Assembly: GCF_000981445.1 (NCBI RefSeq)
Contig: NC_027216.1
Coordinates: 1,922,001 to 1,986,000, forward strand
DNA from: Babesia bigemina
Taxonomy: Eukaryota
Length of the DNA: 64,000 bases
Direction: 5' to 3'
The position numbers and the translations under genes were made by a program. Below the pieces are notes generated by a model. That model was not told where the DNA came from and did not search any database. It saw only the letters and a program-made list of their open reading frames with translations. Of the stretch, positions 25,641-36,844 are shown one piece after another; the first letter of the stretch is position 1; every line of letters begins with the position of its first letter.

Positions 25641-26864
25641 TTACAGCAATTCAGCGATGTGCATGGGCATCTCGTCGATTTGCGTGGAGTAGTACTGCTC
25701 GATATCGCGCAGGATGCGAATGTCATCGTCCTGCGGCACGTGAGGGGGTCATCAGGCGGCGCTTACCTTAACGAAGTTTATCGCAACACCCTTGCGGCCG
25801 TACCGGCCGGACCTGCCGATGCGGTGGATGTAGTTCTCACGGCTGTTGGGCAGGTCGTAGTTCACCACCAGCGACACCTGCTGCACGTCCAGCCCGCGCC
25901 CCCAGATGTCGGTGGATATCAGCACGCGGGACTCGCCGCGACGGAACTGCTGCATGATGTCGTTCCGCTCCTTCTGCGACATCTCGCCGTGCATTTTGCA
26001 AACCGTGAAGTTCGAGTCCTGCATGCGCTTAGCCAGCCAGTCGACCTTCTCCCGCGTGTTGCAGAAGACCACGGCCTGGGTGATGATCAGCGACTCGTAC
26101 AGGTCGCACAGGGTGTCGAACTTCCACTGCTCCTTCTCCACGGACACGAAAAACTGCTTTATGCCCTCCAGAGTCAGCTCGTCACGCTTCACAAGCACGC
26201 GGAACGGGTTGTTCATGAACTTGTGGGTGATCTCCACCACCTCCTGCGGCAGGGTGGCGGAGACCAGCACCACCTGCAGGGTCGGCGGCAGGTACCTGTA
26301 GATGGAGTACACCTGGTCCTTGAACCCACGGTTCAGCATCTCGTCGGCCTCGTCGAGGATCAGCTGCTTGATGTTACGCGTGTTGAGGTGACGCTCGGCG
26401 ATCATGTGGTTGACACGACCGGGGGTGCCGGAGACTATGTGCACGCCGGACTCGAGGGCCTTGATGTCGTCCGATACGCGCTTGCCACCGATGCAGCAGT
26501 GCACCTCGATGTTGCAGTAGTCCCCGAGCGCGAGGCACACCTTCTGCGATTGCTCCGCAAGTTCGCGTGTCGGCGACAGCAGCAGCACCTGCGTCTGCTT
26601 AGACGCCGCGTTCACCGTCTGCAGCGCGCCGAGGCAGAACACGCACGTCTTGCCGGTTCCACTTTGCGATTGGATGATCACGTCGCGGCCGTTCAGGATG
26701 GGCTTGATGGCGCGCTGCTGGACGGCCGACGGCCGGTCGAAACCGTACGCGAAAATGCCCTTCAGGATCTCCTCTCGCAGCCCGAGCCCTTCGAACGACT
26801 CCACGACTTCACATTCTTCGGAAGTCTCGTACGTGGTACGGTCCTCGCCGCCGGACGCGCCCAT
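25641..26864 (-). CDS. EIF4A3: DEAD-box helicase eIF4A-III (exon junction complex core)
   Basis: [34 protein letters not shown]. Intron 25731-25766 leads into the terminal exon [22 protein letters not shown]. Confidence 0.95.
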
Positions 26865-27570
26865 CGTGTCTTCCGTCTCTGCAGTATCGCCGCGGGCAGC
26901 AACCACTTAATGGGCGATGTCACACGATACGGCGTATACGGAGCCTATCAAACGCAATTTTGTGCGGTTAAGGTCTTTTGCGGCCCCTGGAGCTGGCTTT
27001 GGCGTATGGAAGCCGGCCACGTCGACAGGAGCTGTTAGCGGTCGTTGATCGGGGAATCCAGGGCGACTGTTGGAGATTCCTCAACAGAAGCACTGCATAA
27101 CTTGAAAAATGTATTAATCCCCCGGGATCAGACTCTGCAGAGCTCGGAGTTCTGGTAGCCAGACACCCACACTGAGCAGCGCGGCGCTGCCACACATCTA
27201 CCAAGATTCCACTGCTTGCTGCACTATTATGCCCTATGCGGGTATCCGCAACCCTTTAATCCACCATGGGTGAGCCTGTGTCGGTGTATTGACTCGGTTG
27301 ATGAAAGCCGAAGTTCGGCTGCTGGGCACGCATTACCCTCATGGGTGCGCCTCCGCGGAGGTGGCCCATATACGCCACCAAACGCATGGCGGAGGTGCTC
27401 CCGCAGCTCTGCGCAGTCGGTGACCGGCATACATTGGTCGCAAACGTCGTGTTTCACTTCGTTGGCTCCAGCAACGTGCCAAGTGAACGCATGTCGAGGT
27501 AGGGACGTGGCACTTCGCAACAAGCCTTCGCAGGTATTTCAAGCACGGCTACCTGCAGGCGCTCAACTAC

Positions 27571-29153
27571 GTGTACTCGGACCGCAGCTTCAAAGAGCCT
27601 CCTCTGGCACTCTCCACGGTGCAGCACGCCCGCGAGATCATATTCTCGCCACTCAACCGGCGGCTGGTGCGGGAGGTGAGCCCTGCCATGCGCCCGCAGC
27701 CGCTGGAGGACCTCGCTGGCAACATCGAGGCCGCCCTTTACAGGTGGGAAGACTTTATAGGTGGCATTACATGTGGCTCCAGATTCGCGATGTACAACAC
27801 CCGGGCGAAGGAATCCGTATGCGCCAACGGACTGTTCCGCGCGGTGGGCGCACGGGAGTTCCCGCGGACGGTGACGCTGTTGCGCCTCAACCACAAACTG
27901 CTTAGCACTTTGGAGGCGATCACTGTCAACGAATACTTCGTGGACGCCTTTGCTGCAGCAACGGAGGTCGCCCAACTTGAGGCTGTGGATATGGCGTTGA
28001 TGCTGCTCCAACAGCAGGATCGCCCGGATCTGTATGCACCGTTTGTGGCTGGATCGTGGCGCGCTGCAGACGTGCTTCAGAAAGTTGTGGAGTCGGAGTC
28101 GAAGACGGCGTTGGAGCACTTTTTTGCTTCGGCGCCGCAGTCGACAATAGCACAGGCGTGTGACATGCTGCGTTCGACCGACGTCAAAACTGGTATGGGT
28201 GCATTCCAGCATATGACCAATGGTTGCAGGGTTGCTCAGGTTCCCTTGGGGTTATGTGGAGTCGCAGAACCTCATCACACGCCGCTCCACTGATGCTGCC
28301 GCTATCACTGGAGCGGCGGTGCCGAGTGCCAACCACCTAGAACTCGGAGACGACGAGGACATAAGTGATTTCGGCGACTACACGAATACGCCTCATATGG
28401 TGGACACAGTGGCCGACCTCATCCACATGTTGAAGGCATTGAAGCGATATGCACAGCAGCACGCGGGGGCTCGAGACGGGTTGGTGTCGGTTCACATCGA
28501 GCGTGACGCTGCTGCGTTCTGCACTGCGCGATCTGCCTTCATCGTGGACCTACTAGTCGGCGATCCACTGTATCAGTCGACATTGTTCCAGCTGCTGGCG
28601 TGGCTGTGGTCCAACAGCGGTCTGCTGAAGGTCGGACACAACCTGCTGCCAAAGGTGGCAAAACTCGCCTCACAGTTCGACAGTCCGTTCACGGCATACG
28701 TCAACATGGTGGATCTGAGGTTGGATTGTGTAGTGAAACCTAACCACTCCCAGGAACAAGCGCTCCAGCTCTGGAACGAGTGTGGGCGACGAGGCGGTCA
28801 CCAGGTTCAGGGAAACAGGTGATTCCGCCACCCCTCATTTTAACGTATCGGCAGGAATATCGCGCACGCTGAAGGGTCTGCTGCAGGAGTACAGTATAGC
28901 GGTCCCTCAATTCGACAGACACTGGGGTGCGGAGCAGCGGCCCATATGCCCCTCAAGGGCCCGCTACATGGAGCAGTTGGCGACGGGCATTCTCAGCATC
29001 GAGCGACAGCTGAGGGAAGAAGGGTGGATGCCTACCGATTTCTGCGATCTGAGTTCGTATGATAATGGTAGGTTAGTTACACGGTGTATCAAACGTGGAG
29101 TAGAGCGTGCTTGCGAGGAACTAGAGCAGCGCATAGAAAATGCACTGCTGTGA
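27571..29153 (+). CDS. Multi-exon protein with a C-terminal degenerate DEDDy 3'-5' exonuclease-like domain; true start probably upstream (~27.2-27.5 kb)
   Basis: Overlapping + strand ORFs 27571-28293, 28220-28822 and 28782-29153. Motifs AFIVDLL, LLKVGHNL, MVDL, TLKGLLQEY, WGAEQRPICPSRARY. Confidence 0.55.
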
Positions 29154-29537
29154 GCAGCTGCGTGAAAAAGCGCGGAAGATTCCTCGACTCACACAACGAG
29201 GAAACCGCTCATACACATCCATTCACAACTTCGATGGATATCAAGCCGAAAAGTACAGCGCAACCGTCGGAACAGCTGAGGCCCCGTCTCGCCAATTGGC
29301 ACAGCAGCTCAAGCGCCAGCACGCGGGTAACCACCAGCTCGTCGCGCGAAAGCGGAGGCAAGCGCGTGAACGGGTTCGCGCCATGTGTGGAGCTGCCTTC
29401 CGGAGGCCAGAGGCGCCGCTGTAACGCCTATGCGGGACCGGCATTGCCATATTCGGAAAGCGGCGCTAGCCTTTCGCGCAACCACACACCGAGATGCGGA
29501 CAGACCATCGTACGCAAGGACGCGCCTCGCGGTCATC

Positions 29538-29973
29538 ATGAGTAGTAGGTGACTGCCGCTGGGTTACATGGTTGTGCAGCCTGTTCCTGTGGGACGACGA
29601 ATCGGGTTAGTAAACCCTTCCGCCGCGGTAATGCGCAACGCAGGGCTCATCATCAAGTACCCTATGTACGAGGAGCAGCAGAACAGCCGTAGGTCCCCGT
29701 ACACGTGCCCGTGGTAGGCGCTCGCGCCGATACAGCCGTAACCGCCTCCTTCTTTGCAGCTAAATCCGTAGTATGCAGGTCGCTGGTGCCAGTTTACCCC
29801 GAGAACAAAAAGGATGACGACGATGTACAGACAGATACACGGGTTCTGAACTGGTAGGTGCCAACTGCTGTGTCGGCATGCTGCTTAGGAGCTTGCAGGT
29901 CGTCGAGCAATACCTCAAAGCGGCGATCGAGATCGCTAAATCGGAAAATGGCAACGAGCGCAAGCCAGCGTGA
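29538..29973 (+). CDS. Small five-exon hypothetical protein (93 aa), absent from the ORF track
   Basis: GT-AG introns 29545-29579, 29606-29643, 29714-29759 and 29854-29888 give a 282-nt open frame, MSTCSCGTTNRG...NWSLQVVEQYLKAAIEIAKSENGNERKPA-stop. Confidence 0.55.
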
Positions 29974-30467
29974 CAGGGTGTAGCCTAGCCCGTGCGCCAG
30001 CGGCACACACATCGGCGGCTCAACCTGGCCGGTAACGTCGGAACTGAGCATATACATCAAGGAGGTAACAGTGCACATTGCATAGTTTGGTAACGTGTAA
30101 ACTCGGGTTCCATGTGTTTGCGACGGAGTCCGTGCCCTCGGCAACGAGCTGCCTTGGATACACAGCCGCAGCAAGCCATACACACAAGCGCCACCTCCCC
30201 GGTGAAAAGGCGACACCGCCGGGCGAAACGGGCTGCGCTTGTATCAAAGTTTGCACTGCGGCAATGTGTGGCGGCAGTTTTGTGATGCGCTAGTCACTTC
30301 GGTGGGTTATTCCTACACCCCAATGCGCAGCGCCCACGCATACCTATTTGCAGCGAAATGCGTGTTCTCACCCAGCAGGCCTGTGGTTTAATTAGGATAG
30401 GCTGACGGCGTGCTGCTGAAAAGGGGCTGCTCGTTAAACGGAGTATTCACACTCGTCGCCGGTGGAG

Positions 30468-31409
30468 ATGAGTAAGCGCGAGGTCGCCAACAACCAGGAA
30501 CCGCAGTCCGGCGAGGCTGCGGCAGATTCTCACGCCACACCGCAAAAAATTGACGCGCCAGCTAGCGGAAAACAGGAGAGAAAATCCGATGTGAAGGCAG
30601 TGCAGCGAGGAGAAGACCGCTCGAACGCCAAGGGCGATTCGAAGCAGGAAACTGCCGCCTCAAACGCTAGCCATGGCGGAAACGGCGCCTCGTCGAACTA
30701 TGGAGGACGCGGAAGCGGAAACAACAAAATGAGCTTCGCGCGCATGGACTCCTACGCCTCGGTAGCCAAGGGTGCAACCAATATGCAGGAGGGGCAGAAT
30801 TACAGAGGATACTACCGCAACGACCAGCACCGCCGACGCGCGGATTACGACGCCGAAGACGAGGACATCGTGAAGGCCATGATGAAGCTGCATCGCAACA
30901 GGTTTAGGGAATTCAGGAAGCTCAACGACAACCAGTACCGCGAGCGCGAAGCGCCAAACTCCCAGGTGGCGGAGGAGGAGCGCGCGCCGCGCACAGAGGA
31001 GACGCAGAACTCCCAGGAACCCCTCTCGACGTACTCCAGCACCGACTCGGTGGCGGTGCAGCCTACGCAGCAGAACCGACGCCAGGGCGCCGGGGAGAGC
31101 GACGAGCAGCCGGCCGGAAACTCCGCCGAGCTGAAAAATTCGAGGTCGTCCGACGGCATGTCAGCCGACGCGGCGGAGCAAAACGAGGCCGCTGGCGACG
31201 AGACAAACGCGTTCGCCGCACGGCCCAGGCGACACGACGGCGTGCGCAACAACTACGTCGACCGCAGGCGCAAGAACTTCAACGACCGCTTCCCGGCAGA
31301 CGGCGAGGAGCGCGCATTCGGCACATACAACAGGTACAAAAACAAGTACAACAACCACAACAACGCCAAGCGCGACTTCAAGAAGGAGGAAAAGCCGCAG
31401 GAGGCCTGA
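30468..31409 (+). CDS. Hydrophilic, probably disordered N/R/E-rich hypothetical protein
   Basis: Single long ORF with strong GC3 bias. No hydrophobic segments; no family recognised. Confidence 0.8.
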   Translation: MSKREVANNQEPQSGEAAADSHATPQKIDAPASGKQERKSDVKAVQRGEDRSNAKGDSKQETAASNASHGGNGASSNYGGRGSGNNKMSFARMDSYASVAKGATNMQEGQNYRGYYRNDQHRRRADYDAEDEDIVKAMMKLHRNRFREFRKLNDNQYREREAPNSQVAEEERAPRTEETQNSQEPLSTYSSTDSVAVQPTQQNRRQGAGESDEQPAGNSAELKNSRSSDGMSADAAEQNEAAGDETNAFAARPRRHDGVRNNYVDRRRKNFNDRFPADGEERAFGTYNRYKNKYNNHNNAKRDFKKEEKPQEA

Positions 31410-31610
31410 CATACAACAAACGGAATGACATAATTTATCACACTCTATTTGGCCGGTATTTAGCATCAGCCCCTGACATAACGCATCGGCGTTTATCCAG
31501 AATGTTGCCTGCTGGTGACGACGGCCTTCGCGTGGGCACGCTCGTTGGCGGGCAGTGGTCGTGGGGGCACGTGGCGGGGGTCCACGCGGCCGCCATGGTG
31601 TTGTAGCGCC

Positions 31611-33368
31611 TCATTTCAGGGTGATAACCTGCAAGCACGACATGTGGTGGTAGTACACGCATATCGTGTCCAGCGAAATGTAGACGGTGTGCTTGTGGCT
31701 CGACGACGACCGCGTCGACAGGCGCTCCATGCCGAAACGCGTCGGCTCGTCGCTGTCGGATGCGGCAGACCCGTAGCTTACGGAAGGTGGGTTGTTGAAG
31801 TCCTTCTTCACGTTGTGCAGCGACGCGTAAGAAATCTCGCTGTTGACGCTGCGGCGCCGGCGAGTGGTGCCGTCGACCTCTTTGCGGCTGAGCTTGGGGA
31901 GCCCCAGCGACGCACTCGCGGTGATCAGTGCCATGCCCATCACCTTCACGCCCCGGATGAAGTCCCAAACGATGAGGTATTGCGCAGCGTCGATGGTTGC
32001 CATCCGTGACCACCCGTCGGCGTGGCACGCAGTGATGTCTTCCCGGTGGCCATTGAGCACGCGCAGGTGCTTCACCTGCAGGGACGCGTCGCACCCGGAA
32101 ACCTGGATCAGCTTCACGTAGTTGCGCATCACCAGCGCCCACATCGACCTGCGGTGGAGGTACAGGATGAAGGAGGGTGGCTTGGTCACCCTGAGCTGCA
32201 CGTCGGGGCCCGTGAATCTCCCGATCTTAACCGTGCACTTACCGTACGCGCAGTACGCCAGCAGAAGGTTCTCAGTGTCGACGGCGTAGACGAACGCTTC
32301 TTCCACGCGGTAGACATGCGTGACATCACCCTCCTGGTGCAAAACCGCGATGTCACCCGCGGCGTGGACGCAAAGCACCACCTTGCCGCCGCTTGCAGCG
32401 GCTGTGATGGCGTCTATTGGGCTCCTGATGGTCGCTATTACGGACGCGGTGCCCGCCTGGATACAGTGGATGTCGCCTTCATCGGTGCCCACAAAGGCGA
32501 AGTAGTGCCCGCACCCCCTTCCTTGCACGACCTCCAGACACCTAACGGGGTTATAACCAGTAGGAATTTTCCATGTCACCACTGGGTTGCGCTCCAATCC
32601 AGACTCGCCGTAGTTGTACACGGAAACGCACGCGTCTTCGCCGCGGCAGGTGTACAGCATGGCCAGGGTCAACGGCCTGTCGGCAGAAGGTGAGTCTTCA
32701 ACTTGTTTCGGCGGCGTTTGGTCAACGCACCCGCCTCCTTCACAGCTGCACCGAGGGCACTGTGTGGATCGCACCCAGCAGCATGCCACCAGTTGGAACG
32801 TGTGCCTGTCGAAGATGGGAGTTGGCTGCCGCAGGTCGAAGAATTCACGGCACGTGCCCACGCCCAGGATACGGTTAGCGCTCAGCACGGCGAACGGCCA
32901 CCCGACGCCGTCCCTGGAGATCGCCAGAATGGTTTTCCCGATGGTCCTCAGGTCCCGAACCATGTCCCGGTCCACAGTGACCCTTCGGGAGTGCGTGCCC
33001 GAGCTTATGGCGAGGTCAAGCAGCGCCCTGCCGTCCAGCTTCCTACGACCGTCAAAGACGCCGCATTGCGAAGCGAGATCAGCAAGAGCCTTGAAACCAG
33101 CAATGGCCTCGCTGAACGGGCGGATGCGGTATTGGCAGCGGCACTGACGGCCTTTGCCGGTTATGCCATCCAGGTCCTCGGGCCTGTTGCAACCGACCGA
33201 TCCCCGCTCGAAGAAGCACCCCCACAACTGCTCACGTGACAGCAGCACGTCTCTCATGCACCTGGAGGTGGTGGCGAGCTTGAGGAAATCTTCGAAATCC
33301 AAAAAGCAAGTCAAGACCCCAAGCGCGTCGCCGCCAATCCCATCGCACAGCAAACCGATGTACTCCAT
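31611..33368 (-). CDS. F-box protein with C-terminal WD40-like repeats
   Basis: N-terminal F-box pattern DALGVLTCFLDFEDFLKLATTSRCMRDVL...LW; WD repeat LNGHREDITAC...LIVWDF. Confidence 0.75.
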   Translation of the reverse strand: MEYIGLLCDGIGGDALGVLTCFLDFEDFLKLATTSRCMRDVLLSREQLWGCFFERGSVGCNRPEDLDGITGKGRQCRCQYRIRPFSEAIAGFKALADLASQCGVFDGRRKLDGRALLDLAISSGTHSRRVTVDRDMVRDLRTIGKTILAISRDGVGWPFAVLSANRILGVGTCREFFDLRQPTPIFDRHTFQLVACCWVRSTQCPRCSCEGGGCVDQTPPKQVEDSPSADRPLTLAMLYTCRGEDACVSVYNYGESGLERNPVVTWKIPTGYNPVRCLEVVQGRGCGHYFAFVGTDEGDIHCIQAGTASVIATIRSPIDAITAAASGGKVVLCVHAAGDIAVLHQEGDVTHVYRVEEAFVYAVDTENLLLAYCAYGKCTVKIGRFTGPDVQLRVTKPPSFILYLHRRSMWALVMRNYVKLIQVSGCDASLQVKHLRVLNGHREDITACHADGWSRMATIDAAQYLIVWDFIRGVKVMGMALITASASLGLPKLSRKEVDGTTRRRRSVNSEISYASLHNVKKDFNNPPSVSYGSAASDSDEPTRFGMERLSTRSSSSHKHTVYISLDTICVYYHHMSCLQVITLK

Positions 33369-34071
33369 AGTGCAGTACCGAGAAATTATATGCGTGATTT
33401 GTGTGGTCCTACAACCGCAAAATATGCTGGACTGCTGACGAGCAGTCGTGGCTATACCCCAAGCGACTATCCCTCAAAGCGATGATCGGTAGCACCGCCC
33501 GTTGGGAAGGCCCATACGAGGACGAGATGCGATTGCTGCCGTTATACGCGTAACCAGCGGCAATCCCTGTGGAATCCAGACTTTTTGGTATTGAAATCAT
33601 TTGACAGTCTTAGACCCTTTAAATATACCAGTGAACCGCATGCAGGGTCAGCGTGGAATTTTCAGAGCACGTACAACTCAACTAGCCATTTTTGGCGGCT
33701 TGGCTGTACGTGCACAGGCTGCTGGGATGTCTAGACGCTGCTCCGCATGCACGGCTGACGCTGGTGGCACCCCCGAGACAGGATTCTGTTGTATCCCCGA
33801 GTACCCAGGTGCGCCTCCACATGCGTGGATCCCAGACGTGCTAGTTGGCTGTCCGCATCGCGGCGGTTATTATACAATATTGTTAGGCTCGCAAAAGATT
33901 TCGAAAAGACGCTCAACCACAACCACCGCTCAAGGCTTGACACGATTAGGCCGTGTACGCCCAACCGTCATCGGGCGACCTTCCACCGACTGATGCAGCT
34001 GTCCAACACGACCGGCTTCAACCGTTCGTGAAGTTAAGTTGCAGCGGTAGCCTCTGTAATTGAAGTTAGCA

Positions 34072-34596
34072 ATGGATTACATATTTTTTGCGGGGGCCAC
34101 ATGGCTCTCACTCTTTGCGCTGTTGAGAACGGCGAAGGTGGCAGAGGCCGGGTCTAACTACACGTATCCGACGAGGAAATCAGAAGCATTCGTGCAACAA
34201 CCAGGCCCTGTCAGGTTACTGCCGGAAGATGTGGCGCGCATTCACGCCATTATGGACGAGCTGCAAGCGTACGCGAAGGACATTAAATACGACCAGGGAA
34301 TCATCATTGAGGCTTTGCAATACATAATCGCGGGTGTCCGTGAGTGCGTGAATTCCTCAGGTCAAACCCACGACTCGATCTTTTTGGCGATTGACAGCTA
34401 CTTGAATCTCATCCTTATGCCTCCGATACGGGACCGCTACCCCAAGTTCCTACCAATGGACGCATACGTCAACATCCTTCGTCGTAGAGCCGAGATGCGC
34501 ATACGCTCGCTACGCACACGTATTTACGACATCTGGCTGGATTACGTACTGAGGCGCACGGGAGCGGCGACGCAGCTGACGGACCGAATAGCATAG
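34072..34596 (+). CDS. Small predicted secreted protein
   Basis: ATG at 34072; hydrophobic leader MDYIFFAGATWLSLFALLRTAKVAEA ending in an AxA cleavage-like site; no TM segment afterwards. Confidence 0.65.
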   Translation: MDYIFFAGATWLSLFALLRTAKVAEAGSNYTYPTRKSEAFVQQPGPVRLLPEDVARIHAIMDELQAYAKDIKYDQGIIIEALQYIIAGVRECVNSSGQTHDSIFLAIDSYLNLILMPPIRDRYPKFLPMDAYVNILRRRAEMRIRSLRTRIYDIWLDYVLRRTGAATQLTDRIA

Positions 34597-35042
34597 AAGC
34601 AGTCGTATCAGCGAAATGTTAGACAGAAGGCACACCCCTGTCTACGGGGCGTGATTCCACCACGAATTACGCCGCTTCTGAGATTCATGTTGTAACAATA
34701 TTCTGATAATACATTTCACCTACCAGGCGCGCAGTCGCGAGTTGCGGCGCCGTTCATAGCCCAACGACGCCGGCGGGTGGTGCCGCTGAGCGGAGCTCGC
34801 CTGCGTCAGGGACGGCACACAACTCGCCTCTACCGCAGAGAACATTACACACAAACATATGCCGCTCAACGCCGTGGTTAGTGCGGGCTCTCTGGCCGCC
34901 ATCGGGGTGTTACACAGTGAGTGAACGACGCCAAAACCCCGCTTCGGAGCGGCGCTGACGCGCGCAAATCGCGGAATTGTAGCGCGATTCCGGTGTGTAT
35001 ACGATCTGAGAGCATTTGCCGGTCGGAATTGGAGTTTTGGAG

Positions 35043-36413
35043 ATGGAATCCGTCATCATAAAGGGCAATGCCCAGTGCAAGATTAAGAGGCGCTACCCGG
35101 CGCCTCAGGGCACCGTAACCTTCGCCAATCGCACGCCCGCCTTCTCGGAGAGCGTTCCCATGCCCGGGATGCCTGCGGACTTCCCAGGAGAGCCGCCTGA
35201 GGAGGAGTACGACGACTACTACGTATGGCGCAGGAACGCCCCCTTCCTCTACGACGCGCTGTTGGTTCACCGCCTGGACTGGCCCTCGCTGGTGGTGGAC
35301 TTCGTGGCGGACGCGGTATACAAGAGCCGCAACGGCATAACGGCGCACAAGGTGCTATTCGGCACGCACACGTCCAACAGCGACGTGGAGTACGCCGTGG
35401 TCGGCGAGATCAAGATGCCCGTCGCAGGGGTACGCTCCAATCTGACCTGCTGCGAGAACTTCAACGGGTTCTTCAGCTACCACAAGACGCACAGGCTGGC
35501 GGTTTTGGGGCACCCCCTGCCGGCGCTCGACATCAAGGCGAACCTCGTCCACCCCGGCGAGGTCAACCGCATCCTGCATTCGCCAACGAACCAGTTCCAC
35601 TTCGTCACGCACACCTCATTCGGTGACCTGCTGCTATTCGACTACTCGCGGCACCCGTCCACGCCGCGGATCACCTCCAGGGCGGCGCCGCAGCTGGTGC
35701 TCACCGGAGGGCACTCCGCCGACGGGTTTGGCGTCAGCTGGGCCGACGATAACAAAATCGTATCTGTTGCGACAGATGGATCCGTGTGCTTGTGGGATCC
35801 GAACGCCCCCTCTCAGGCCGTGGAGGACACGGGTAGGTACGTTGAAGGCACCAAGTGCGTGCGCCCGCTCACGCGGTTCGAGATGAAGGACTCGCCGTTC
35901 AACGACGTACAAGTGATGCCGACTCGCAAGCAGCTCTACATGGCAGTCTCGGACGACTACGTCGCCAGGCTTTTCGACATGCGCACGGACAACAGCGCCG
36001 GGAACGCGCAGGTCGAGCTCAAGAGCGAGGCGGAGGTCAACTGCCTGAGCTTCAACACATTCAACGACAACATCGTCGCAACGGGCGAGTCCGACGGAAC
36101 CGTGTGTGTCTGGGATATTAGGCAGCCCAAGGAGGCCATGCTGTGGCTGAGCCACCACACCAAGTCGGTCACGCAGGTCGAGTTCTGCCCGGCGGCCGCC
36201 GGCATGCTGGCCTCCGCCTCCGAGGACCAGCACGTCTGCATCTGGGAGATATCCACGGAGGACAACCTGCGCTTCATACACGCGGGGCATCGGGGGCCTG
36301 TATCGGACCTGTCGTGGCTCAAGGCAGCCTCCATGAAGAACGGCTTCACCCTGGCCAGCGTAGGGGCGGACAATGCCTTCCACTGTTACACCCCAAACTT
36401 CACGGAACTGTGA
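35043..36413 (+). CDS. Histone-binding WD40 protein of the RBBP4/MSI1/CAF1C family
   Basis: YYVWRRNAPFLYDALLVHRLDWPSL, FGTHTS, HPGEVNRI, FIHAGHRGPVSDLSW. Confidence 0.9.
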   Translation: MESVIIKGNAQCKIKRRYPAPQGTVTFANRTPAFSESVPMPGMPADFPGEPPEEEYDDYYVWRRNAPFLYDALLVHRLDWPSLVVDFVADAVYKSRNGITAHKVLFGTHTSNSDVEYAVVGEIKMPVAGVRSNLTCCENFNGFFSYHKTHRLAVLGHPLPALDIKANLVHPGEVNRILHSPTNQFHFVTHTSFGDLLLFDYSRHPSTPRITSRAAPQLVLTGGHSADGFGVSWADDNKIVSVATDGSVCLWDPNAPSQAVEDTGRYVEGTKCVRPLTRFEMKDSPFNDVQVMPTRKQLYMAVSDDYVARLFDMRTDNSAGNAQVELKSEAEVNCLSFNTFNDNIVATGESDGTVCVWDIRQPKEAMLWLSHHTKSVTQVEFCPAAAGMLASASEDQHVCIWEISTEDNLRFIHAGHRGPVSDLSWLKAASMKNGFTLASVGADNAFHCYTPNFTEL

Positions 36414-36844
36414 ACCTTAATCGCATTCTATACACTCCGTTCGTGTGTGCTTGAATGTTTTGCTTATTTTGTGGTGCGTGCGACTGGAAAAGTGCGGACG
36501 ATGAGTGCCGACTAACAGTGATATACATGATGTAGTGGGTGGAACGTAGCCATAGTTGCGTCGTGAAACCGTCTGTGATTTGCACTTTGGAGGTCGCACA
36601 TACGTATGCTGGTGTTGGGTCATCACTTGGGAGTTTTTGCGTCAAACTTGGGCTGGTCAACATGCGCCACGTCTTGAGGAAATGCCGCACAACACAGGTA
36701 CGCCGAAAACATGGAATGCGTGGCGCATACACAGCCGCAATGTAAAGCAACGATAAGCGGATAGCTGAACGGCCATCAAAAAGTATACTAAAATTCAAGG
36801 GGCGAGTCGCTAGCAGTCATGTCGGGGCCCACAAACAGCCGGCG

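Noticed and set aside
25467..27038. 523-aa + strand ORF
   Set aside because: Antisense shadow of eIF4A-III; high GC3 removes stop codons on the opposite strand.
36784..36795. tatactaaaatt, matching part of U6 snRNA
   Set aside because: No ACAGAGA box or other U6 sequence follows.
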